This document shows, one piece after another, positions 49,044 to 64,000 of a stretch of DNA of 64,000 bases. The stretch covers positions 248,001 through 312,000 of the forward strand of contig NIVC01000955.1 of NCBI GenBank assembly GCA_002269645.1. The letters are read 5' to 3'. This DNA is from Macrostomum lignano. Taxonomy: Eukaryota. Position numbers and translations under genes: made by a program. The number at the start of each line of letters is the position of its first letter. The first letter of the stretch is position 1. The notes under the pieces are model-generated. The model worked only from the letters and a program-made list of their open reading frames with translations. It did not search any database and was not told the origin of the DNA.

Positions 49044-51909
49044 CTGGGTTTTTTTTTCGCCAGAGATAAGGTGCGAAATCGCACCTTGTGCCAAATTTCA
49101 AGGTGCGATTTTAAGGCTCAGAGTGCAATTTCTCTTGAGTCTTGTTTAGAATGTGAGGGTTTCACAAGAGATATTCAGACAGACATTCGAAACGATCGTC
49201 TTCAACTTCAAACAAAACCGACCCACTTCAACCATCTTTTTGGCAAATACTTACGCAAGTGTTGGGCGTCGAATAAGCTTTAATTTATTAACTGAAGTAA
49301 AAATCCTTCTGACATACATTGATTTAAAAATTGCTTAGCAACACTAGCTCTGATTAGAAATCGCTTTACTGTTGACTAAAATTGTTTTGATCGTAGCAGC
49401 CTAAAAGCAGATACTGGATTTAAAAATGCTTCAATTTACTCTATACGCATGTCTCAGCTTTAAAATGACACCTCAGGCGTCGCAAAAGACAGCTTTGATG
49501 CTGAGATATTTGACACTAAACATGCATTGCTTTGCGCAATCTCACATTCAGAAATTTCACTGATTTTTTGTCGATATTTGTGCAGCTGCCGTGTCCTTGT
49601 TTTTCATCAGAAACTTGTCAAATTCTAGTCATGTCCAGTTTAAACCTGGACTTCTCTTAAACTGTCTTAAGTATTTGATTTTTAATGATTCCTGCCTTTA
49701 TATTGCATAGATTGTACCTGAGTCAGTGAGTCTGTGAGTGTACATTTGTACATATGGCAACCAATCATGACTTTTTCACCGCTTTGCGGTTCAAATAAAT
49801 ATACGAGTGTACGAGAAACATGTTCCAACTGTTATTGAGAGAAATTGACGTCGCGTTTATTAGCAGTCAGTGGCAATTAATATGAAGCAAATAGTTTATT
49901 GTTATGTTTTTACTTTTTTTGCGTGGCAATTCTGCTATCCAAATCGGAATGAGGTAAGCGGTGGGAATAAAATAAAAAGGAAGAATTTTTTCTACTGTTG
50001 TTGCAACCCAATAGCTATATGTACTTCAAACTTTTTAGATTGAACAGGCGATTTCTAATGTACTGCTAAGCTTTCCAATCCCTACGGACTACAGTAGAAG
50101 TTCTTAACTTTTTTCTGTCTTGACTTCTAGACTCGGAATTCGGAACAACCTAAGGAGCCGCATGAAAATATTTAATTGGATAAAGATATTTTCTAAAAAC
50201 AGCTCAAATCGTGACACATCTTCTCACCTCAGTCCATCAACTGCTGCTCTTTCTGAGACCAAATCGATCGTGAAAGTAAAACAGATCAGTTTAGATCCCA
50301 TGGCCATGAATACAACCATTTCAATTGTGAACCTGCTTCGCTTACAAGTACGAGCACTAGCCTTCCATTTGATGCCATTAGCTCACTTAACTCTGAAATA
50401 GTTCAAGGACAGTTCCAAATGTTGAGATCTGACGTAGAAGCAGTCCAATTTGTGGAAATTTATCAACTGGACTCCATGAATCACTCCAATGAAAGGCGGC
50501 GAATAGCTGCAGAATGCGTAAACAAGTTTAAGTGAGTCACAAAAACCCCATTTACTGTAACTACATACACTTGTACGTTAGCAAGGCTCCATGCGATGGT
50601 TAATAAATGGAGAAGTAGACAAGCATCTGAACAAATATTGAATAAAAATCAGTGAAGTTTCCGAATGTGAGTTTGAGCAAAGCAATGTTTAGTGTCAAAT
50701 ATCTCAGCATCAAAGCTGTCTTTTGCAATGCCTGAGGTGTCATTTTAAAGCTGAGACATGCGTATAGACATGACTAGAATTTGACAAGATTCTGATGAAA
50801 AACAAGGACACGGCAACTGCACAAATATCGACAAAAAATCAGTGAAATTTCTGAATGTGAGATTGCGCAAAGCAATGCATGTTTAGTGTCGAATATCTCA
50901 GCATCAAAGCTGTCTTTTGCGACGCCTGAGGTGTCATTTTAAAGCTGAGACATGCGTATAGAGTAAATTGAAGCATTTTTAAATCCAGTATCTGCTTTTA
51001 GGCTGCTACGATCAAAACAATTTTAGTCAACAGTAAAGCGATTTCTAATCAGAGCTAGTGTTGCTAAGCAATTTTTAAATCAATGTATGTCAGAAGGATT
51101 TTTACTTCAGTTAATAAATTAAAGCTTATTCGACGCCCAACACTTGCGTAAGTATTTGCCAAAAAGATGGTTGAAGCGGGTCAATTTTGTTTGAAGTTAC
51201 AGACAATCATTTTGAATGTCTGTCTGAATGGGTCTCCCTAAAACACGCCCCGCACCGCCCTGCAGCGCTACACATTAAAACAAATTGGACTATAACTAAA
51301 GACACTTCAGAATGCGTTTTCTGTTAAGCTTCAAGTTTTCATTAAATTTAGTTTTTTTTACTTTGAAATATAAAATTCGGTGAACAATAAGTGATATTAA
51401 TAATAATATTAATAAAATAATAATATTATAATTTAATAATGAAAACGAGAATATAAAAAATTAGAAGATTTAAAAAAATAAATAAAGATATTTATTCCAT
51501 TACTATTTTAACTTTTCCAATCAAATCAAATACTGCATTGACAAAAAATGTTATAATGTGTAGCAGTTCGGGGCCTGGTGCGGGGCGTGTTTTAGGGAGC
51601 CTTTGTCTGAATATCTCTCGTGAAACCCTCACATTGCTCACATTTCAGACAACTGGGAATGTATATTTTAATATCTTACATAAGGCTATAGCTATAGGCT
51701 ATATCGCCTATATGACTTAATAGGATTTAAAGAGTTATTTTGTTTCATATTTTAAGGCAGTGCATAAAAAATAGCTTAAGCATGGTTAAGCCTTTAAAGA
51801 AAAATGGTTATAAGACCGCACCTAAACCGCACCTACTTCTTTAATTTCAGGGTGCGATTTTAAAATTTAGGGTGCATACGCACACTCTGCGCACAAAAAA
51901 AAAACCCTG
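49044..51909. mobile_element. Non-autonomous hAT-like DNA transposon with long internal inverted arms
   Basis: TIRs C(T/A)GGGTTTTTTTT at both ends. 8-bp TSD GGCTATCC (49036-43) / GACTATCC (51910-17). Near-perfect inverted arms at about 49150-49635 and 50767-51229. No recognisable transposase. Confidence 0.8.
51230..51603. mobile_element. Mutator-like MITE inserted in the right arm of the hAT-like element
   Basis: TIR core CTCCCTAAAACACGCCCCGCACC at both ends. 9-bp TSD TGTCTGAAT at 51221-29 and 51604-12; the left arm shows the empty site with a single copy. Confidence 0.75.
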
Positions 51910-54440
51910 GACTATCCTACCTACTGATCTCTTTTTTAGCACCATCTAATAACACATTGAGCCAAATTCCTTCCTAGCTTGTCAAGTGTGGCAGTCTTAA
52001 TGTGTGGTGGTCTTGGTCCAACACCTCTATATCCTAGGAGCTAGAAACAGCCAATCGGCCTAAAAGTTGAGAGAAATTAAAGTTACCTCTCCTTGTGTTG
52101 TATAAGCTAATTAAAGCTATAATAGGCATAGCCACTTTAGTAATTAGTTCAGTAATGGCCACTATAGTTTAGAAACATTACATACCATTTTATTTTTAGG
52201 CTTATTTTGCCAAATATATGAATAGAAATAAACAAATCCTTTGGGCTTTGTTAAAGATAAAAGTGGTCAAGAATTTTACTAAAATGGTTAATATGCTTTT
52301 ACCAAACCAAAGAGAAAAGTAGACTTTTAAAAGAATAGGTGGCACTCTTTACTTTTAAAGTATAATAATGTAATGCCATTAATTAGTCATTAAGTATAAA
52401 AATGCCTAAATTATATTGCCTACTATTTAAATAGCTATATACCATAGGCCCTAATAAAACATGTTTATAGTTATGAATCAATCACAAACAAATCTTTCAA
52501 TCTACGCCATACTGCGCACATTTGAATGAACAGCAAATTATTGTACTAGGCCTAAGAAAATAATTGAACGAGCGATTGTGCGAAAGTAAAAGATTACCCA
52601 TTTTTTATCATTCGTTTGACTTTGAAAATTATTTTGTAGTAATTTATATTTGCGTTAAATAACCTAATATATTCTGATTCAATGAATAAAGAGCACGACA
52701 ATGCTATGCATAGACCCTACCTACAATACAAGCAACGACAGTAGTACTCAAGCACAACAACAACACTTTCAAGACCTCGTGCTTGCTAACGGAGTCGAAA
52801 TTTCTTGTTCGTGAATTCTTTCTATGAAATGAGGTGAAATAACACTTCGTGGACTAGTTCTACTTCTAAGGATATAGCACCTCAAACATTTTCACGCACA
52901 ACTCTTAGTATAATATTTCGAAAGAGTCATAATTAGGGAAATTTTCTTTAATGCATTGCATTCGGTTATTTAGGATTATTTTAGTACATGTAGTAGTACA
53001 TATAAAACGTGAAATCCATCTGTAGAAAAAAGCTCACGTTGGTCATCATATAATTTTATATCTTGCCTAAAAAAGAGTAATGGTGGAACCTTCTGCACCA
53101 TTCGCTCACGGCTGGTTACTGATGTTGATGCTTTTATTATTTTTTTACGCGCAGCAACGCGCTGTAGGCCCAAACGTACGAATTCGTACGTAGATAACAT
53201 GCGATCGGTTTTAGTTTCGGGCCGGTTGTCTGCCCCGTCACTGCCCGTTATATATGTTGCTGTTCTAAAGCTCTACGCCTGTTCTAATAGGAGCGTGCAA
53301 TGCCAATCCTGTGAATCAGTTAATTTGACCGATTATTTTCACACGGGAAGCGTGGGCAACCCGCAGATCAGCTTAGGGAAGGGCTCTGCCGCTGGATATA
53401 TTGGGGGCTATACTGCCAGGGGCATAAAGCCCGAGAGACCCAGATTGGGGCTAGGACTCCATGGCTCCGCTGAATAACCTTATTGGGCGCTACAACCCCA
53501 AGTCCATGGACAAAGACACCGCCAACCCATAGTGGAATCAGGGGGACGGGTGCAAAGATGGTCCACCCAAGCCACGCCCCAACGACAAGTCCCGAGTGCG
53601 CGCGTGCAAAAAGATTGGAAACGAAAAACTTTTTGAGTTTTTCTGGAAAGCGGTCCGAGAGCAGGAAACTCGAAGTCTACGGAAATAGCTTTAAGATTGG
53701 AACGAGTCTGGACAGCTTATTTTCCAAGGGCGAGTCTCCTGTAAGGAGGCGGCAAGGTACGAGAAGCTCCCCCTATAGGGCTGCAAGCCAAGGCTTTTTC
53801 ACTATACCCAGCTCAAATAAGCCCAAGCCAAGGGGTGGGAGAAGGGGCACCATGGAGCAAGGGACACCGGACTCAGCCGGTATTCCCCGATTCGGGACGA
53901 ACATCAACCCCAGGACACCAATCCACTGTCAGAGATGAGAGCCAAGACACAATAAGCAGGGAGACAACCAGAGGAGCCAGCAGATGGACCAAGGGAGAGC
54001 AAGATGGACCAGAAGGGCAGAGCTCATAACTTTAAAGATTGGGCGGCTGAATTGCCAGGGATAAAACACAAAGCTTATAAAAGCACAAAGGAATAAAAAC
54101 AATAGAGAGGAGCACCTGAACCCTTATTCTGGGGCTCAGCCTCAGGGCTGGCATTCAACTGGGCTCTACCGTACATTTTTGTGAATGGTCGTCTTTCCTG
54201 CAGTCCCGATCTAGCCGCACTGCAGTCCAGAGTCATAATCACTCCAGGTACACCCCCCCCCTAAACCAATTGGCAGGGCCGAAATAATAGAAAAATAGAG
54301 GATCTTTTTTTGGATGTGTACATCACCTCCAGTGAGGACTTACTTGACTTACTTGACTTAGCTGCAGGGGGCTCCGTGCGTCCGGAAACAGCGAGGAGGC
54401 GTTGCCGCCCATTTCGCTAACCCCTGGCGACCACGGGCAG

Positions 54441-58139
<3,699 letters not shown>

Positions 58140-60040
58140 TCCGGGGATTCCACGAGTGGTCCGCGCAGCTTCCTACCGGCTCAAGGCGAGTTGTGCAGGA
58201 GAGCTGCCTCTTCTGCCTCGCCGATATCACCAGGCTCCAGCTCCATGGGCTCCTCCCGGATGGTCTCCATGGTCGAGGGCGATGTCGCCACCAGGGCGGC
58301 ATTTTCGCTCTCGGCCCGGTTTTCCGGGGGGGGGGCGCAGTGGTGACACTGGGCTGGGTGTTGCTGCGGTTGTGGGCCTTGGCGGTGTCCAGCAGCTGCT
58401 TCGCGCGCTGAGTTAGACCAGAGCGGATAGTGTTCCGGGCGGGTTTCCGGCCCTTTCCACGTCCGCCTGTTGCTGCAGCTTTCGCGGCTTTCCCTCTGAC
58501 GGGGTCCACGTCCTCGGAGGGGTCGTGGCGACCGGGAGCTTCTTTTCCTGGGCGTTTCCGCCCGGCAGAGCCCCCGATCACCCGCTTACGCTTCTCCGGG
58601 GGCGGTGGACGGGTGGCGTCAGACTCAAAGCTAAAGAGCTGAATCTGCAACAGCCCGACAGAGATGACGGACATGTCCGGATAGCGGAGCATCCAGCTAT
58701 CCGACAGTCCAAGAATGGCCGTGAAACCATCTCCGCCCGGCTCGTAGGTGAACTACGACACCGTTGGCCGGTAGCTCCGGGTTGGAAGCCACCAGCAGGT
58801 GACGCAGCTCGTCGGCCTTGGTGATGCAGCTGCGAGCCGGAATCCAGGCACGGTGCCAGTGTGTCCGGGGTCGCTCGTCCTCCCTGTAGATGAACAGGTT
58901 CTCTAGCTCCGTACCCCAGTCGAAGGTTTTCAGCAGCTCGAGGAGCTGCTGTCCTGACTGGCTGTCGGCGGGCTGGATATGGAGGGCTTGGTCCTCGACT
59001 TTCGTCTTTTGGACTGGAATGGTGGTGCCGCTCAAGGCCATCTTGACCAGGTGGGAGTCCAACCTGCGCCAGATAAGGTCGAGCTGTTCGGCCGTAAGGG
59101 GCGTCTCCTGGCCTTGGATAACCAGGGCCGGCTGCCTCTTGGCCATAGCCGCGTAGGTTCGCTTCGGCTTTGTGGTTTGGCCAGCGCCCCCCGCTTTGGA
59201 TCCCTCCACAGCCGTGGGAGCTTCCACACGGGCAGAGGTCCGGTCACGGGAGGGGCCAGCCGCACCAGGAGCTTCGGCGGCACCTGACGCATCTGACCGG
59301 CGCGCGGAGTCCACCCCCTTGTCGGATGTCGGCTCCTCCGCGGGGTTCGCAGAGTTACCGGCACCCTCCTCGGAGGTGGGCGGAGGGGCGGCTTTCGCAT
59401 TCCTCCGTTCCTCCGCTTTGCGCTGGAGAAAGGCTTTGTAGCGAGCAATGCTACGGGCCTTCTTTTTCGAAATCTGAGGTCTGCTGTCTTGTCCAGCCAC
59501 TCTGGTATTATCCTGAGCGGCGGCAGCGGCAGATTGAGAGGCACCGGGGGTTCCGGTGTTGCGAATGTCCGGCTGGGCCGCGGTATCAACCTCGGTTGGT
59601 GCTCCAGCAGCCTCGGACGTGATGGATGTAAGTGAATACTCCATGAGTCGCTGAAAGGCGAATGGGGACTAGAGGTGAGAAGCTGCTGGGCCGTAACCCC
59701 AAACCCAACAACCAGGCCAAGAGTTAGCGACCGGGGGTGGCTTAAGCCCGTACCGGCCCGACCGCTAGCAACCGAGAAACTCCTCGGCTAAGAGCCCGGC
59801 TTGGAAAAACCAGAGGCCGAACCAAAGGACCATCAGCACGGTACTACACTGGGCCCTTGAGGGAAGCAGGAGGACTGCCTCCGGAGCCTGCGGACTGGCC
59901 GCATACCCTGTTAAGGTCAGAGGGTGGTACCTGTTCCTCAGAGCCGTGGCCAGAGGTACCTGATACGCGCAGGTTCACTTCCGGGCGGAGCCCGTACCCA
60001 ACTTGGCCAGCAGGCCACGGGTGGGTTGCCGCCGCCGGAG

Positions 60041-60245
60041 CCCAGTCAGTCCAGCAGCCCTAGAGCTGCCTTGAACACATGCGGGGCGTGAACCCCTGGG
60101 TCGGCTTGCGAGTCAGCTTGGAGAGAGTTCTCCTGCCATTCCTGCACCAGAATAGAGGGGGTGCAGGTGTGTAGGATCGCAGACCTTAGCTTGTAGGCCT
60201 AGTCTGTCTCATGCTACACAGGCGTGCTGAACCCGCCTTGCATGC
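60041..60245 (-). ncRNA. HDV/CPEB3-like self-cleaving ribozyme at the LINE 5' end
   Basis: P1 GCAUGC (60245-40)/GCAUGU (60082-77) with a G1-U wobble. P2 CCCAG (60100-96)/CUGGG (60045-41). P3 GGG/CCC. L3 UUCACGC. P1.1 G-U as in CPEB3. P4 GGCAGCU-CUAG-GGCUGCU. J4/2 C(60049)UGA. J1/2 is 139 nt and structured. Confidence 0.82.
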
Positions 60246-60850
60246 TCCGGTGAGGACACTTAGATATGGAGCTACCCGAAGGGCAGGTCAATTGGATTGT
60301 GCACAACCCGAGAAATGCCGCCAGAAGGCAGCCGGGATAAAAACAGTCAGAGACCGTCTTACATAACACTAGTTACATACCAAGTAATTTCCCATTCTGG
60401 TTCGCTTACACAATACAATGTATTCTTCGTAAAAAGATTCGATGCAGTAAGTATTCATTTCCATAAGTCATATAGCCACAAATTTGGAAAAATTAGTAGA
60501 CACAATTTGAGCCGTCTGCAATTGACTTTGTTAGTAGGTTTTAACATATCCAGGGTGAAATTAAATGCTGCAATTAGGATGCAGCGCAAAAATTTTATTA
60601 GCAAATAATAATTATTGTTGGATATTGGATTACTGTTTTAGAATTTCTTGGATTGGACACTATATCGAATAGTTAGAGTCCCGGTTAATTTGTGAATATA
60701 GTTAAATCCCATGCATTTATTAAAAATGCAGCCCTGATGTACATATTAAAAATTTCAATGTCGTTCGTTAAATTTTCAGGCCAACGGCCAGTACTGTGGA
60801 TACTAATAGCACTGGACCGTGTTTGGTTGCACCGCGGTGATCCTTGCTGA

Positions 60851-61030
60851 TTACAAATACTGAACTCCAATGCAGGCGATAGGGTGGAACACGCGCCAGC
60901 ACACCCTGTATCTACGACGTCTCTTGCTGACAGCGGCGCCCTTCAGGCCCTCTTCAGATGGCTTCAGTTTAGGCAGAAGAGCCTCGACCTGATCTTCAGT
61001 GGTCGTTGTGTCGTAGGACTCGGTGTCCAT
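60851..61030 (-). CDS. Possible small ORF or first coding exon, 59 aa (MDTESYDTTTTEDQVEALLPK...KRRRRYRVCW...)
   Basis: Branch point CTAAC plus TGCAG acceptor ending at 61062, Kozak ACGATGG, GC-rich codons. No homology recognised. Confidence 0.3.
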   Translation of the reverse strand: MDTESYDTTTTEDQVEALLPKLKPSEEGLKGAAVSKRRRRYRVCWRVFHPIACIGVQYL

Positions 61031-61899
61031 CGTCTGGAACCAAACGCGGGAGGAATGAAGCCTGCATATGCAGTTGTTAGTAATCAATGCTATTTTTAGA
61101 AAAAATTACGTTTCTAAACGCGCATTTGTTACCGTTTCAAAGTCGTTCCAGAGCGAAGAGCCAGCTGACTGCGGCGGGGCTACGGCAGTCAGAAATAGCA
61201 GCGCTAGGAGCAGGTCAGTATGCATTTAATTCAGTGCAAATTTTAAATCTACTATACGGGCCGATCTTCTTCCGGTGCTGGTCGTTGCAATTTTTCGGAG
61301 CGCAGCGCATGCACAGCTTTTTATCAATTTTTAACGCAATCAGCTATGAGTCGCAGGTGGCTTTTAGAATCTCTTCAACTAAAATGCGAGAATTCAGGAC
61401 TTCTTTGTGTCCGGAAATCATCTTCTTTTCTTGTTTGCCTGGAAAAGCTGCATAAAACAAGAATTATTGAGATAAATAGCTGAAGACGGCAGGTGGTGGA
61501 ACTGCTTTTCACAGAGAAATAATTGCGCAATTTCTTACCAAAAGTAAAAGCAAAAATCAAAGCCATCGGTGCTGAAGATTTTTTTCTCTGTAAACTGCGT
61601 TGTCGTCAAGCAAAGTGGTGGGATCTAACCATTTTTATATATTTTACAGCAAACTTAGAAATGACTAGCAATCTAGCGCCCCCCTTCGGGGTGGCCAATA
61701 AGCAAGGGACGAATCCTTTAAAATGAAAAAAAAATTCTTAGGGAGGGGGGCTAGGAATCGAATTCTCATTTTAATTCCAGGCTTATGTACCAATAAAACA
61801 TGTTTGTGCAGAATTTTATAACAGACATTGAAATTCAACCATACTTGCCTTCTTTCAGAGCTACTTCTACCAGTATGCTTCAGTACGCTACCAGTACCC

Positions 61900-62860
61900 T
61901 TGCAAGCCTTGACATGTCAGCAATCCCCCCCCCCACAAGCCTTAACATATCAACTCCCCCTTGACATCTCAGCGATGCTCCCATAAGCCTTGAAATCTTA
62001 AAAAATCTGTCTACTTTCTAACCCTAACCCTAACCCTAACCCTAACCCTAACCCTAAAGCATTGAAATTTCAGTAATTCTCTCTAAGAGTCATTATAGCA
62101 CTACTACAGCATTATAGCGATTCCCTGCAAGCCTCGACATCGTAGGGATTCCCAAATGAATCTCTTAACTTCGACATGAAGCTTCTTTTTTTTACATTAC
62201 GCTTTTTCTATCAGCGATCCCTCCCGTGAGGAGCCAACAAATAATGTAATAACTTTTTTCCAATAAACTACATGTAGCTTCTGACATTAGCCTTGACATC
62301 TCATTTATTCCCCCGTGAGCCTTGACATCTCAGCTATAGATAGATAGATAGATAGATTCCCCTCGTAAGCCTTGACATGTCAGCGATGCCCCCCCATAAA
62401 CCTTGAAATCTAAAAAATCCCCTGTTAACCTTGAAACGCGCTAAAATCTAACCCTCAACCCAAACCTGACGTAAACCTAACTTTCACCCAACCTAAAGCC
62501 TTGAAATCACAGCAATTCTTCTTCCCTAAGCCTTGGCATTTAAGTGATTCCTTCTTTAAGAATCACAGCACTATAACGATTCCCTCCAAGCTTTGACATC
62601 GTAGCAATTCCCAAATGAATCTTTTAACTTTGACATGACTTTTATTTTATGTATACATAGTGCTCCTTTTATTTTTACATGACTCTTCTTCTATCAGCGC
62701 CCCCCCCACCGTGGCAAGCCAACAAAGAATGCAATAAAAAAACTTAAGTAAAGTACATGTACTTTGAAGTAGCTTCTGACTTTTGCTTTAACATCTCAGA
62801 AACCCCCCTGTAATCTCAGTTATTCTCTGTGAGCCTTGACGTCTCAGTGATTCTCCCCAG
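61900..62860 (+). repeat. Diverged tandem duplication (about 430-470 bp) built of AGCCTTGACATCTCAGC subunits
   Basis: 61900-62330 aligns by eye to 62360-62800. Same family as 23035-23365. Confidence 0.75.
62018..62057. repeat. Interstitial telomeric repeat (CCCTAA) x6.7
   Basis: Direct reading. Confidence 0.95.
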
Positions 62861-62989
62861 CACAGCACTATAGCTTCATTTAATTTTTATGACACTTGTT
62901 TCATGTCTGACATGACGCTTCTTTTGATTTTTACGTTACGCTTCTTTTATTCTTCCATGATGCTTCTTAATTTTTTAAATGACACACTT

Positions 62990-63215
62990 TCATTAGTTTT
63001 TATAGGAGGCTTCTATGATTTTTTCATGACGCTTCTATGTTAACATGACGCTTCTATGCTTGTTTACATGACGCTTTTATGATTGTTTACATGACGCTTC
63101 TATGATTGTTTACATGACGCTTGTATGATTGTTTACATGACGCTTCTATGATTTTTTACATGACGCTTCTATGATTTTTACATGACGCTTCTATGATTTT
63201 TACATGACGCTTCCA
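62990..63215. repeat. About 23-bp repeat (CATGACGCTTCTATGATTGTTTA)
   Basis: Direct reading. Confidence 0.88.
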
Positions 63216-63369
63216 TAATTTTTTTTTGTCTTGGCGTTAAAAAGCTTTAATTAAAAAAACTCTACTCTCTAAAAATTCGAACCATCGTCCCTGCATTTAG
63301 CAGTTTAGTCTGTTTACCTCTAGGCTAGCTCTCATGAATTTTAGTCATTATCCCTAAATAGAAAATATT

Positions 63370-63600
63370 CCCAAGACAGCAAGCATCCCCCAGTAGCAAG
63401 CATCCCCTAATACTCCTAGCAAGCATCCACCCAGATAGCAAGCATCTGCAGATAGCAAGCATCTGCAGATAGCAAGCATCTTGCAGATAGCAAGCATCTT
63501 GCAGATAGCAAGCATACCCCAAATAATGTAGAAGCATCCTTCCAGATAGCAAGCATCCTGCACATAGCAAGAATCCCTAAATAGCAAGCATCCCTGGATA
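63370..63600. repeat. 18-bp repeat (GATAGCAAGCATCTTGCA)
   Basis: Direct reading. Confidence 0.88.
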
Positions 63601-63629
63601 GAAATAATCCTATACATGTAGCCAAGCTT

Positions 63630-64000
63630 ATCAAGCGCAGTAATCCTTGGCTATCGAGTGCAGTAATTCTTGGTTTGCCAAGTGCAGTAAGTAATCCTTG
63701 GTTTATTAATAGCAATAATCCATGGCTTATGAGTGCAGTAATCCTTAGTTTATTAATAGCAATAATCCTTGGCTTATCGAGTGCAGTAATCCTTGGTTTA
63801 TTAATAGCAATAATCCTTGGCTTATCGAGTGCAGTAATCCTTGGTTTATTAATAGCAATAATCCATGCCTTATCGAGTGCAGTAATCCTTGGTTTATTAA
63901 TAGCAATAATCCTTGGCTTATCGAGTGCAGTAATCCTTGGTTTATTAATAGCAATAATCCTTGGCTTATCGAGTGCAGTAATCCTTGGTTTGTTAATAGC
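63630..64000. repeat. 48-bp (2 x 24) tandem repeat (GAGTGCAGTAATCCTTGGTTTATTAATAGCAATAATCCTTGGCTTATC)
   Basis: Direct reading. Runs off the window end. Confidence 0.93.

Larger units (their letters stand above)
48931..52014. mobile_element. Old MITE-like host element with 28-bp inverted ends (48931-48958 / 51987-52014), split by the hAT-like insertion
   Basis: AAGACCACCACACACCAGGACTGCCACA versus reverse complement AAGACCACCACACATTAAGACTGCCACA (25/28). No clear TSD seen. Confidence 0.55.

Overview
Eukaryotic, repeat-rich invertebrate genomic DNA: GC-rich spliced exons separated by introns packed with micro- and minisatellites, plus a TTAGGG-type telomeric tract. The overall style resembles free-living flatworm (Macrostomum-like) assemblies; that species assignment is inference only. 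Four host genes can be built by hand: (1) a two-exon LRR-LRRCT-Ig-TM receptor (minus, 5092-7201) with a GC-AG intron; (2) a glycine-receptor/GluCl-like Cys-loop chloride channel subunit (plus, about 23674-35245); (3) a six-exon plastin/fimbrin (minus, 37421-43864); (4) a single-exon RSRC1-like protein (minus, 46202-46783). Mobile DNA comprises a family of tRNA-headed SINEs, a nested MITE > hAT-like > Mutator-like stack inside a CpG-depleted domain, and a solo LTR (53200-60363, TG..CA, 5-bp TSD). The LTR is interrupted by a full-length but decayed APE-RT-RNaseH LINE (54340-60244, 13-bp TSD). The best find is a complete HDV/CPEB3-like self-cleaving ribozyme fold at the LINE 5' end (minus, 60245-60041), whose predicted cleavage site coincides with the TSD-defined 5' boundary. 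Most long ORFs in the supplied track are artefacts of stop-free tandem repeats. Repeat boundaries are by-eye estimates; no searches or folding programs were run.
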